A stretch of DNA of 64,000 nt. It comes from Octopus vulgaris. Taxonomy: Eukaryota. Below, one piece after another: positions 39,069 to 52,447 of the stretch. Positions within the stretch are counted from its first letter, which is position 1; the number at the start of each line of letters is the position of its first letter. The notes beneath the pieces were generated by a model. The model was not told the origin of the DNA, ran no database searches, and worked only from the letters and a program-made list of their open reading frames with translations. Made by a program: the position numbers and the translations under genes. Where the stretch lies: positions 107,136,001 to 107,200,000 of the forward strand of contig OX597815.1 of NCBI GenBank assembly GCA_951406725.2, written 5' to 3'.

Positions 39069-41849
39069 CAAAATTCCTGGTCTTGTGCCTTATTTAGAAA
39101 AAAAATTATTTCGCAAACTGGCAGAATCGTTTGCACGTCGGATAAAATGTCCAGCGGCATTTCTACTGACTCTTTATGTTCTGTGTTCAAATCTTGTCTG
39201 ACATCCTTTCAAGACCAATGAAAGAAAGTACCAGTCAAGTGTTTGGATCGATGTAACGGACTTATTCCTCTCGACAAAATTTGAATTCATCCGCCGAGAT
39301 TGACTTTGCCTTTCATTCTTTCGAAGTCAAGTACTGGGGTGCGATATAATCGACTTACTCCCTCCCTTAAAATTACTGGCCTTGTGCCAAAATTTGAAGC
39401 TATTATTATTTTGCTGCAAGATGGCAGAATCGCTAGCACGCCGGGCAAAAAGCTTCGTGCCATTTCTTCCAGTTTTAAGTTTTGAATTCATATTCCACCG
39501 ATGTCGACCTTACCTTTCATCCTAAAATAATGACAGCCAGCTAATATCAGAGATTTGTATACTTTACTAACTTTTACTGCTAAAATTCTGCAACACTTTC
39601 TACGGCTGAATGAATATTTTCTCGTACAAAATTATATTTACTAAGTATCAGATGAGCACTGGAGTCGATGTAACTGACATGCCTCTCTCCTCAAAATTTT
39701 AGGCTTTGCACCTCCGCAGGAAGAATTATTTTGCTGCTGTTATTTTTTGATTCAGTTATAAGAACTTGAAGGGGTCCTTTGATGTCTAGATGCCAATTTT
39801 GGTATCTTTCATGGAACCCGCTACTATAAATGTTTTATTGACTACTTTATGTAAAGACTGTAATGTGTGGTAGTTTTGTCTAAATAAATGAATGAAAAAA
39901 TATCGAATTTTGCCTGTTTCTTGTGATACGAAAGAATAACCGAGAATTTCATATTTTTTGTCTCATCCCCGAAAAAAAAATTTATATAATTTTGTTTGAG
40001 AAAATATTCGTTCAGCCGTGGGAAGTGTTGCAGAATTTTAGCAGGGAAAGGTAGCAATTTACACAAATCTCTGATGTTAGTTGGATGCCATTAGCTGTTT
40101 TTGTCTTCATGTCGATATTTTACAATGTCGGTAAAACAATGAACAGATGTCTCTCATATCGAAAACTCAAATACCGGACGTTGCCCTAACAATGAATTAA
40201 TGCCAATGTCATCGGCATATCTTTCCTTAAGCATGAAAGCACTTCTATTTCTCAAAAATACATGCATAAAGAGAAAAACCAGTTTCACACCTTATGTTGA
40301 ACTTATTCCATCTTCACTCCGCAGGCAAAATGGTAAATGTGTTGCTACGAAAAAGGACAAGTAATGATATTTTTAGCAAGAATACTTTCCAAAGGCGTGA
40401 CATCTTCATTCCATTCTGATGAAGAAGATCGACGGCTCAAAGACCGAGAACGTCGGAGGTGTGAACGCGACCAGTGCAAATTAGAATATTTTCATTAATT
40501 ACTGGTATCTATTCCTCTGTGTCACGCGCTGTAGCTCCTGACTTTATGTGTTACAACAGGTGGTACACCAGATGAGCGATAGCTCCCCTTCCCAAACAGA
40601 AGAAGGGTTATCTTGCCTGAACACCGACCATCACTGCGGCCGAGGCCAGTAAGATTCAGTTGTGACAAGAAGCCAACAATGTTAAGGCTTTTAAGAGCAA
40701 TGTATTTAGCCTTGAATATGTCTTGTATTGCTTGATCAGAGTGTTAGCTGAAAACTTCGGTTGAAATGTTTTCAAACGTTTTGCTGCTCCAGCTTTTCCC
40801 AAGTATGTTATTACTTCGCCAAAGCATGCGCCTCTACAGATGCTTTCATGCAGTTGAAGCAGTGTAAGTTCAACTATGATAAAAATAGTGTCGAATATTT
40901 TATGTCTGGTAAGCAATGAAGCCCAAAGACTCTTCAATGGCGACCAAGCATTTGTCAACCTAACAAACAAAAAGTACACCGTTCTTTTTCGTGGCCTCCT
41001 TCACTGGCTAAATCCCTCCTAACAAAGCCAGACGTTATAGGACATTACTCATTTTCAAAAATGTGTAACATCGTTTGTTTTTTTGCGATCGTTGGACAAG
41101 CCTAAAACTGTTTAGGAATCCTTATTAAACACAGTATTTGAATCAAAACAAGATATTTTCCCAGCCGACATTCGATATTTTAATTATATTAAGCTGACAA
41201 ATTAAAGATGTTAACCCCTTCGGACTTAAGTAAATTAATATCTAAAACACTATAATTCTTATGTGTGTGTGTGTGTGTGTTTGTGTGCGTGTGTGTGTGT
41301 GTGTGTGCGTGTGTGCGTATGTGGGTGTGTATACAAATAGATATAAACACATAGGCACACATATGTATTCGCGCGCGTGCGATATTTCATTAAATCTAAG
41401 CGTATTGAATCAACACAGTAAGTTTTATTATACTAATTACTTTAATTCATTGCAATATTTTTAAATACACACATATATACACACGCGCGCGCACACGCAC
41501 GTACCTTTACACGCGCGCGCGCGCGCACACACACACAAAACCGCAGCGTAGCTAGGGCAAATCAGTCACCTTTGTACACAGATACAAATTGTTGCGGGTT
41601 TATGTGCTATCCCACGGTGGGAATAACGACAGCAGTGTGTTCTTATCCTAGTTATACCACGTATGAAACTCATATTTAAATCAAAACATAGTAAAGTTTT
41701 GAAATAAGAAAATTAACCAGAGATAGCCACGACTTTTATTTTTACATTCATTTATTTTGATATTTATTTCCACAAAATGTCGCTTGACATATTCGATAAT
41801 AAACAGGTAAAATACTTAAAACCTTTATTATAAATCCTTTTGACTTGTA

Positions 41850-41960
41850 GTGACGCAATTTTGGAAATCTTCAGCACGCATGCGCAGAGTTGGATTCTTC
41901 CGGGAGGCCTGCCGGAAGTTCCCTCATGCGCATGCGCATGCCCAGAAAACTAGCAGCAGC
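41850..41960. promoter_or_regulatory. Promoter-like motif cluster (ATF/CRE-like, NRF1, ETS)
   Basis: TGACGCAA, GCATGCGCA, CTTCCGG, CCGGAAGT and ATGCGCATGCGCAT within about 100 bp in an AT-rich background. Confidence 0.5.
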
Positions 41961-43291
41961 AAAATTTCCTGCGTATCGGTCTCTTGAACGCTGACAGGTC
42001 GTGTTGTAGCAGCTCTCTCAAACTGCTACCTCGTGGCGTTGCTACACTCGGCTTGAACGGACAGGATTTGGCTCACTCCACTTGACTACTGCGACGAGCT
42101 CCTAGGCTGCCGATTCGCCCTGAAGAAGAATGTATTTATATTGCAAATCCAGAAATAAAATATTTATGAGGATGAGAGCTGCACCCATCCAGTGTTACAG
42201 ACCTTACATCCTTTTACAGACTTAATTACATTTCAACAATTAAATCTCAGTCGAAGTATTTTCTATGTGAAAAATGATATAAATTACGCTCGAAATGCTT
42301 GCTAATTTTACAAACATTTGACAGTAACTTGTATATCTTCGAATGTAATATGCTGTTATTATCAATTTTTAATCATGAAAACATTTTCCCGAATAAAGAA
42401 ACGATTCTGGACTGAAAAAGTTAATTGATAAATTAAAATAAATAGGAACTCTCATTAGAAATGAAAAATAACTAGTCATAAAATTAACGAATTATCTGTT
42501 TATTATTCTTTTGTCCTCTATTATTCAATTGGTGTAAATAAATACATGTAGCCATTGTAGCATATTTAAACATTCTTAATCGTCTAATTCTTTTACCTCT
42601 AGATACGTCATTATTGCTTAATTATCGCTTTCTATTCATGCAGCTTCTTAAGTCTTGTCACTTGACTTGAAATATGTCTACACTGTACTTGGCTGGTAAG
42701 CTCAGAGCATTTTGAAATGTATGTCCCAACTTTCGTGTATTACTTCTTTGTATTTCCATTTGCCAGGAAGAGAGATGAAACACTCATGCAAGCAAGGCAA
42801 TTGATCGCACGAAAGCTTTCCAAAAATTTTCATGCCTTATTTGTGTCATTCTACATTCGTATCTCTCAAGCCCTTTGTGTAAGTCACTTAATCTACATGA
42901 TCCTTTATTTTTTTAAAGCACTTCTGCATGATCGCAGAGCATTAGTTTTTGACTATGAGTTGGGGATCACTGCTTAATTAAAAATAAGCCTTAATTAGTT
43001 TATTTTTCTCTTGGAGATGGCCTTATGTTTCTTTGTTATATTCATAAATTCAATCTTGCTCGTGTATACTTGGATGAAAAAGTATGTCAGTTGCAGCAGT
43101 GGTTGGGAGATGCAAAATCTATTTTAGAGAAGCTCAGCTGCTCTCTGTGTCACCAGGATTGATGGAAGTGGTGTCAGAAATTATTTCAGAAAAGGCTTTT
43201 TGAAATGTTGGGTGAAGAATAGAATTGATTCTTGACTGGTACCTATATTATAGAATCTTAGAGAAAGAGAGATGAAGAGTGGCTGTGTGGA

Positions 43292-43690
43292 GGCGCAGGA
43301 GTGGCTGTGTGGTAAGTAGCTTGCTTACCAACCACATGGTTCCGGGTTCAGTCCCACTGCGTGGCATCTTGGGCAAGTGTCTTCTGCTATAGCCCCGGGC
43401 CGACCAATGCCTTGTGAGTGGATTTGGTTGACGGAAACTGAAAGAAGCCTGTCGTATATATGTATATATATATATGTATGTTTGTGTGTCTGTGTTTGTC
43501 CCCCTAGCATTGCTTGACAACCGATGCTGGTGTGTTTACGTCCCCGTCACTTAGCGGTTCGGCAAAAGAGACCGATAGAATAAGTACTGGGCTTACAAAG
43601 AATAAGTCCCGGGGGCGATTTGCTCGACTAAAGGTGGTGCTCCAGCATGGCCGCAGTCAAATGACTGAAACAAGTAAAAGAGTAAAGAGA
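43292..43690 (+). mobile_element. Full-length young SINE family A
   Basis: A-box TGGCTGTGTGG, B-box GGTTCAGTCC, CORE-like CTTGGGCAAGT and the LINE-shared tail. CpGs are intact. Confidence 0.9.
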
Positions 43691-45599
43691 GAATTCGACA
43701 AAAGTATTGATGGTCTACGTCGGTAAGTATCAGATATAGATTTCAAGTTTTGGCACAAGGCCAGCAAGTTCGAGTGAGGTGTGAGTCGATTACATCGATC
43801 CCAGTACTTAACTGGTACTTATTTTATTGACTCAGAAAGGATGAAAAACGAAGGAGACTTCGGGGAAATTTAAACTCAGAATGAGAAGATGGATGAAATG
43901 CCGCTAAGCATTTCACTCAGTGTGCTAACGATTCTGTCAGTTCGCCTACAAATGGAATAGACTATTTTCATGCGAGGAAGGAAAAATGTATAACAAAATG
44001 GACCCGATGGAATATGAACTCGGAACATAAGGAGGCATAACTTAACACTGCATGTTCGCTACGTTACGGGATTCTGCCAGTCATCTCCATTTATTTATGT
44101 AGCAAACATCGATGGCAACTGACGACATCATGTTACGTGGCATTCTAGTTAATCAATTGAATTTATATTGCACAGCGGGGTTTCTCAAACAGTTTCTTGT
44201 AAGAATATCATACAACGATCAACATATAACAAAGTAACAAATGATCTCATTAATCGATGGAAGACTATTAGCTATACATTAATTGTTTGTAGAAATTAAA
44301 TTATAGTTATTAGAAGAAGTTAAATGCATTATCTGCTTAGGATTTGTAATTCAAATCTGCTGGAAGTGTTTCAGTGTGTTTCTGTTTGAAATGACAGGAA
44401 TAGATAGCGTTTCATTTGAAATGTTATCTGCCATGGAACGACGTCCAATTTTTTTCGCATACTTTATGTTACGAAGCCGAAACAAAAACTAGTTCTCATA
44501 ATTCTCTCTCCTATACGAACACAATCCTCTGAATAGCATATTCTTTCCTAATACATCTTTCAAAATAGTGTTAAAATCGAACTACTGCAAAAAGAAACTC
44601 CCTACATTATGGGAAGGCAATGATTCGATTTCTACTCAAAATATTTTCTTTTTATTGATATCACATTATTAACAAGCCATGAGCATAAGGGTTGACTTCT
44701 TTTAACACTTAAAAATATTAACTCTTTGTAAAATGAGTGTGGAGATTCGAACCCCAAACATCAGATATTCATTTAGGCATCACGAATAAACCACCATGGT
44801 TTCACGTGATTGATCTATAAATCGACCAATCGGCGTGAAACTGTAGTATGATACGGCTTTTCGGATGTCCTAGAATTTACCCACTTTTCAAACCTTTTGG
44901 CACCTAACTCACCAGGCAGACGACCTCGGGCATTCGAATAGCCGGTTTGGGGGACTTTTGTGCAGACGACTTCGGGGACTCGGATAGACCGATTCTGAAC
45001 ATTCACACGATATCTCATAAGCGGCTTTCTACAGGCACAACGCAATTTTCTCTCCTCCCAGTCGGCAATTGTATTACTAACATCTTTCATTGTAAACAAC
45101 CGACGCAAAATATGTCCGGCAATAAATATTAAAGTTAAAGGTTCGTGAATATTCTTCAGTTATTATTCACACAGCCAATACATCGCTACAGTACAGCACC
45201 AACGAGCACTCTATAACATGGCGACAATGGCGACTCAAACGTTCACAATATATCATCATTAGCTACCTCGACACTAGCAACCAGCAATCCCACAACATGA
45301 GGCTTTGTCTATAGAACTGATTCTAATATATCACTAGAATTTATTTCAGTACATATTTCAGTACTTATTACTGAATTTACTTCTACAGCTATAGAAGACA
45401 AAGTCGATCCCATCAAAATTTTTAACATGGAAGAACTAAAAATGCTTAACTCTTGATGGTAGTAGCATCGACGAAACTATCACCAAAAAGCACGGCTTCC
45501 CATGCGTCAAACAACCAAAGGCCAAATTGATCATCAAAATTCGATGTTTAAAAGTAGATGTACTGACTTAGAATATTTATTCAAGACATTGTAAATTCA

Positions 45600-47300
45600 T
45601 CAAGGAAATAATAAAAGAATTTAGTGAAGAATTGAAGACATTCTTATTAGCAAATTATTGTCATTATTGAACAACAGAGGGGCAATTTGGTAGGGGTATA
45701 AATGGATAAGGAAAAAATCGATGATCATTCACGAATACAAATGTTAGTAGTGTAAAAATCTTTCAAAAAAATTTCCACTAACTACTGTCAATGGTAGTGT
45801 TAAAGAGACCCAATTTAAATGGAAGGTAACTGTCAATATTGAAATAACATATTTAAATGAATATTACAAGTGAACGACCTTTCTGTGATGAAGTGTATTC
45901 TGGTTGTAAATTCAACTCTATCATGCCGAGAATGATCTGGTGATACATAATTAGATCAAGTGAAATTTAAAAGACCAACTTAAAACGTTGCTTCAAACTA
46001 CTCTTTCTCTGCGTATTAAATGTATTAGCGCCTACTTTTCTAATTATATTTCATGTGCATCACGTCCCTGAATAATTTAAGCCGTCTTTATGTAATATTG
46101 CACTGCAAATTTATGTGAGTTGCTTTGCAGAGATATAGTATTACTTTACCGCAAATTTGGTAGTCATAGTAAAGACTATGCTTCGCAGATGAGATGTGAT
46201 AAGGCCGAAACATATTCGAAAAGCTGTCATCGTGCTTGCCAAAAATGAGGCTTATTTCGTTTCCTCTCTCAGTATGTTTACTTCAGGTTTCAGTAAAACT
46301 GAGATTTCAATATAGTTAACACATTTTTATAATAACTGATAAAATAAAAACTGTTGATTCACTAGATTCAAATTCAGCGAAATAAATGCAAAACATATTA
46401 GAATTATGATACCGTGTTAGGAAACAAGTTTTGAAAAATATTAGGAAGATTTATTTGACATCTTCCATGATGATATTGAGCATGAGGCGAGGACAAACTG
46501 CATCGTCTCGGCATCTTTATTATGAGAGAAACGAAAGGCATCTAGAAAAATTGAAATGGCAATTGAGGAAGTTACATTTTTGCCGACAACTCGAAACCAT
46601 TATTTTGAAGCCACAGAAACAATAATCTCTTACATAGACAAATGCTTTAATCAGAAGTAGTACAAAATATTTCCAGGCTAGAAACATAGCTCCTAAAGGC
46701 GAACAACAAAGTGTAACGTCTTATCAGAATTAATTCTGTTATGGGAAAGGTATGCTGGTGACAATGACATTAATTCTATGATAGCTCAACTTCTGGCATT
46801 TGAAGTTTCCATGAGAGATTCCTCTGTTGTTTGAATGACATTACAATGACCATTTATCTGAATAAAATAAAAAGAAATAAAAAATGAAACAGACGATGAG
46901 ATTTGTGCAATATGCCAACTTTTACTAGTAATTCCTGCAACATCTGTTACGGTTGAACGAACATTTTCTGAGGTAAAACGATAAAAGACATGCCTTTTCT
47001 GAAGAATAACACAAGAAAGATTATATTCTCTGACTATACTTTCATACCACAAAGAATGGACGGACCAAATAATTCAAATTCTGCAGAATTTACTTCATGA
47101 AATGAGAATGCACAAAATAATTTCGATGGATTCTGACCGATCGGATAATAAAGTTTTACAATTATGATTCTTTTCTTTGATATTTTACTACGCGTATTTG
47201 CAAATTTTAATCAAAGCCTTCCAAAACTCAATCTCGCTTAATAATACACGCTATTGTCGCAGAGAAATCATGCATTTTTTCGTGCTTGTGGTTACGGTCC
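45600..47300 (+). mobile_element. Decayed hAT transposase pseudogene
   Basis: About 46920-47056 translates LLVIPATSVTVERTFSEVKR*KT...TQERLYSLTILSYHKE, the hAT C-terminal dimerisation motif. The upstream limit is uncertain. Confidence 0.7.
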
Positions 47301-47370
47301 ATATTTACATGTAAGCAAGTAAATTTAGAAGCAGGAACTGTTTTGATCATTCTTCCTTTATGCTAACATA

Positions 47371-47687
47371 CTAGTGCTAATTTTTATTAATCCCAAACTC
47401 GCCTAAATCTTGTTCTGCGATACCTAAAGATACGACATTACCAAATAGGAACTTTGTAAATATGTGGTTAAGTCGGTTCGTTGTTTGAGCTGTCGATATA
47501 CACACCCAAGTTTGTGCATCTATTCATCTAAAGAATCACAAATGGAGAATTTTTGGAATGTCTTACGAATCTTCACTGTGCCACCAATAGATTGGATTTT
47601 GAAAATGCGTGTCAGTTTCTTTTGGTCTTTCTTTGAAAAAGCCTAGTTATTTCTAGGATTTGGGGGGATGTACTTGCCAGGCAAATG

Positions 47688-47730
<43 letters not shown>

Positions 47731-47750
47731 AGAAAATTTATATATAGACA
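47371..47750 (-). mobile_element. Possible non-autonomous Helitron
   Basis: The minus strand starts TCTATATATAAA followed by (CA)n, and a CTAG|T lies at about 47371. A terminal hairpin is not clear. Confidence 0.35.
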
Positions 47751-48729
47751 GATAACAGAATTGTGTTGTAGTTCTTAATAGTGCTATTTTTAGAACTTTT
47801 TAATACTGAAGAATCATACTACGAGGATAAGTCACAAATTATATGCACTCTTGTATCTGTAATTTATTAAAACAGAAGGTGGGGTTGAATAATTACATCA
47901 TTTTCCGAAGCGCTTCTTCCAGCAGCCCACTTGCTTGTTTATTCCATCGAAGAAGTTTTTCGACTGATTGCGCAGCCTTTTATGCATCGCTTCCTACGCT
48001 TCTTCGTCTATCGCAAGTCGACATCCTCGTAAAGGCTGTTTGAGCAGGCCAAAGAGATGATAGTCGGAACGGATGAAACCTGGACTGTTTGCAGAGTATT
48101 CTAGCAACTAGAAAACCCAATTTTTCAATGGTTTTGTAAAGAACTAGTGTTAATATCTTCTCTGGACCTTTTGGGGGTGCGAGAAGCAATCACTATCCGT
48201 TGCTTTAATAATCCAGATTCTCTACCAGTCAGAAACAACAAGACGCAGACGTAAATAATATATATCTACTTTATTCTCTTATGTGGTAACAGATAATTGG
48301 TGTATCTGGCATCCCTTTGGTATAGATGTGTCTCAGCTGAACCTTATCGCTGTAAAATAAGAAAGTGTTCAAATGCAAAACGACACTTGTCAAAGATGGC
48401 GTCCGGAGAAAGGAAGATGATGTAGTCTGCAACAATTTGGTTAAAAGCTTTCGGTAAAGGCTGCTGCTAGAATCAAATTCGGACAGAGAGAATATATGTG
48501 TTGTACCTTCGATAGCCATGTCTCAAGTCGCTGCTGACTGCTGCTAGTGGTCAAACGTTCTACGATCCCCTTGCCTCGGCTAACTGCCACGTAGGCAAAA
48601 GGGTTCTTCTTCCGGTGCTTCGCGCATGCGCGAGAGGGCCCTTCCTCTCTCTGCCTTGGTGAAGGCACCAACACGCGCGAAATAGAAAATGGACGGTGCG
48701 CGCGCGCGCCGCTGTACAGGATCACTACA

Positions 48730-49688
48730 GTTTCAACAATGTGTGCGTGCATTGTCCTGCAACAATAACACTTGCGTTGACAATAGACCTCGGCGTTTGG
48801 TGCGAGTTGCTGGTTTCAGTTTGTTGGCCAGCATTCCATTGTTGCCTATACTGGTGACTATAGACCCTTTTTCCAGTTTATGTTCCAGTATATACCCTTT
48901 TGCGTTCCTAGAAACGGCTAGCATATTTTTTTCGGCGGAAGGTTGAGTCTTGAACTTCTTTTTCTCAGGCGATTCCGTGTGTTTTCGCTCTATAGTCTGC
49001 CTTTTGGATTCTGGTTCAAAGACTCAGGTCCCTTCTCTTGTGACTATTTCTCCAGAAAAGCTTTGCCTTTATTGTTGTAGCGAGCTAGTAAGCGTTGACA
49101 GATCTCCACATGATTGCACTTATGTTTTTCGGTAAACTCTCTTGGCATCCATCTCGCACAACTATACGGAAGCAAATATCTGGATGGCTTCGTATGCAAA
49201 ACCATGACTAATTTGCAGAGATGCCACCTCATCGAAGATCAGTTGTTGGTTCGTCAGAACCATCTCTTGAGCTTTTTAAATCTTCATGCCTGCGGTCGAC
49301 GTTGCTGGGCATCCTGCCTCCTCCTCATGCTTCACGTTTGTGCAGCCATTTTAAAACTTCTCGATCCACTCAGACACAGTTTTACGCGGTAGTGCTCTGT
49401 TCCCACATTGTATTAAAAGCAGCTTGCGATAAATTTCAGCCTCTGAGACACATTCAGACCAGAGAAATCGGATCACTAACCTCTGTTTTTCCTTGGTGCA
49501 CACTGCCAGCGGAGCGGTCATATTTGCTCTGTAACACAAGAAAGAAAACTGGAGCAATCAAGGTCAAACCTCGGTAGCTCAAACCCCGGTTACTTAACCA
49601 CCATTTAGCACGCAAGCGTTGAAAGTAGTGCGGTCAACCTAAAGAACGTTTCGGTGACAGTACAGATAATTTTTGATTTACTCTCGTA
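48730..49688 (-). mobile_element. Mariner transposon, 3'-truncated transposase pseudogene
   Basis: QRLVIRFLWSE...EIYRKL...TVSEWIEKF (helix-turn-helix), CARWMPREFT (WVPR motif), EPESKRQ and LLLQDNARTH. The terminus reads TA-CGAGAGTAAATCAAAAATTATC. Confidence 0.9.
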
Positions 49689-51246
49689 TTAAATACTATT
49701 TTTAGTACATAATGCGTTATTCTCCTTAATAGTACTATTCTTAACTAAAGTATTACATTTCACGTAATGAATGGAAATATTTTGCGATAATTTGAAAAAA
49801 ATTAAAAAATACGTTTGCAATTAATAACATATTTCATATTTCTTATTAATTAAAAAATTTGGATATTCTTCTTCTTATTATTATTTTCCAAATTATATTT
49901 CATTTTGATGAATATTAATATTATTTGTGTTTTACGTTTGGGTTAATCAGAGTTAATTAAAGAGAAAAATGTTCACAATAATAATTTCATATTTCTTATT
50001 AATTAAAGAACTTGGATCAAACTTCACGTGTACAGAAAAGACAATCACCTTCATCTTCTTGATACATTCATTTATTTATCGATCTAGCGAGCTAGCTATG
50101 TTTTGTTTTAGTGGCAAATTGTAAATAACAATTTAACCACCGAAGGACTATTTGATAGGTTTTAGTAGAGTACATATTTATCAATTCAACAAGATAGAGG
50201 TCGACCATGACTTAAAAATTTTGGCTTGATCTCCTCCATCAGACTGCTTTAGTTTGATTCTTTTGGGGTTTTATATGAATTTTGTCACGTTATTTTTGGT
50301 AGGTGGACCAATGTGAATGATAACTCGATGTGGTTTTGGTAGACAGGAGGAAGTAGTAATTTAGTAGGGATTAGGGGGATAGCGGAGGGTAGAAAGAAAG
50401 TATGGGTTTGTAAGGTTTGGGTTGATAGAAAGTCGTGGTGAAGAGATTTATTCTAGTGTGATATGTGAGCATGCATGTAAGTTTGTGTACATGTATTTAT
50501 GCAATGTGCTCATGATTGAACAAAGGGCAATATCTCCTGATATATACATATACACCCATTACCCATTTTTCTATCTTCGATCGAATTAGTTACATAGACG
50601 AATTCGTATATATTATCATATTATATATTATATTATATTGCATGTGTGTGTGCGCGCGCGCGAGTTTGTGTATAAAACGGTTAGCCTGTGTGCAACAACA
50701 AAAGAAATAGACCTTAACAACTTTCAAGTAAAAGAATATATTTAATATATTATATAGACATGGAACATTCACATACAACATTCGGACTTTCCCGGTAAGC
50801 CATAGGCTGTTTTTCCTGTAAAGGCTTCACACAACGTCGTACAAAAACATTTAAAATTCTATGTGTATTGTGGCATTGAACAAATGGTACTATCATCTAC
50901 TTCCGATCCACTTTCCTGGCTTGAAACAATTTTTAACGTTAACTAATACAAAAGACATTAACTTCAGATTTCACATTTGGACTTAAACCCAGTTCTAAAC
51001 TCAGAAGTCATATGCACAAAGACAATTCTGTTGTTACGTATACTTATAAAATATATCGTTAGATGTTTTATTGATTAGTTTCTAATATAATTTGTTCTGA
51101 AAATCAGGAGCCTGGGTTTACTTAAATGAATTTATGATATATCATACCAATCGGATTGGAAGATGCAAATACTCAATAAAGTTGACTCAGACACAATTCG
51201 ATCAGTTTATGAAATGTAACAGCACAAGTTTGTTGCTCTGTTTTAG

Positions 51247-51510
51247 GATAATATCAAAAAATACTTGGTTACTGTTTGAACGATTATTCCCGAAAACTAG
51301 CAGTTCCTAGATTTGGTATTCGAAGAAACAATTAGCTTACCACGGAAGACATTTCCACTATTACAGCAAATACTAGGAAACAGTAAAACTAGATCGACTT
51401 ATTGGATAACAGAAATGGGTTCTGTAGGAGAGGCTACGCTTCAAATAGCTTCTACATTCTGAAGCATTTGGTGGAAAAAAATCAACCTACATTCGATCCT
51501 GTTTGAGGGA
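51247..51510 (+). pseudogene. CARD-like death-fold domain pseudo-exon
   Basis: After an acceptor-like TGTTTTAG, joining frames gives IISKNTWLLFERLFPK / FLDLVFEETI / LTTEDISTITANTRKQ*N*IDLLD...RRGYASNSFYILKHLVEKNQP, which matches CARD helix spacing. It needs two frameshifts and contains stops. Confidence 0.4.
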
Positions 51511-52409
51511 AACTTGCGAACCAACAAAAAGTGATATGTGTTCATAAGCGTACATCGACAACAATGTGCACTACATACTCATAAAAAAGCAAAAACAAAC
51601 CCAACAAAATCAATATCACTACCTGTGACGCTGTCTTGAAGATAGCGAGTTTGTGCAACATTTTATACTATATTTATATTTGTACGATATGAGAGAGAAA
51701 GATTTTTCTCCCGCTTCTTCGTCTTTATCTCTCTTTAGTTTGTAGTACGGTTTCGCTTGCTGCTTGGAAAGACGTCTGGCTGTCTTCTGAAAATCTATCA
51801 AAGATTATTTACTGCAATCCTTACAAAATAAAAACCTCTAACCCGAAGTAACTGCTGTCGCCACTACTGCTGCTTTCACTAATATTGGAGCTGTTGCTAC
51901 TGTTTTTACTACTAGTACTTCCACTGAAAGTTAGTTGTACTATTATTACTAATATCGCAACTATTTTATTAATTTTCGAAACACACGCATAGGCGCAGAC
52001 ATATCGGCAGCCTTGCGCGCGCGCGCCTATTGTACACCAGAGCGAGTCAGTTTAAAGACCGCAAAAGAGGTTAGGAAGTTGGGGAGAAAGAGAGTGAGAT
52101 GGTCAGTATATAAAGAGAAACCAGTTGATAAAGAGAGAAACATTCAGAAAAAAAAAAAAACCCAGAAGAGAGAGTCTAGCTTTTGAAAGAAATGATATTA
52201 ATAAACACGATTGGTGAAGGTTGTTTGATTTTTTTTCTTATCCAATTTTCAAAGGCGTGATAAAAGCTTACTAATGAATTCTGTTGTATCATTGAGCAAC
52301 TCGGGGTAAATTATATGATCGAATAAATACTCATCAGTAGTTTTGAGTACTTTTTCTGTTGTTCGTACACTCAAGCATCTCTCACTTGTCTATCTGTCTG
52401 TCTGCCCTC

Positions 52410-52447
<38 letters not shown>

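Noticed and set aside
40416-40460. CTGATGAAG as a hammerhead start
   Set aside because: There is no stem II and no correctly placed GAAA or stem I.
40656-40979. 107-aa minus-strand ORF
   Set aside because: No recognisable motif or splice context. It is probably chance or a transposon remnant.
42700-43250. Possible Penelope GIY-YIG relic on the minus strand
   Set aside because: It looks coding-like, but I could not recover the diagnostic residues.
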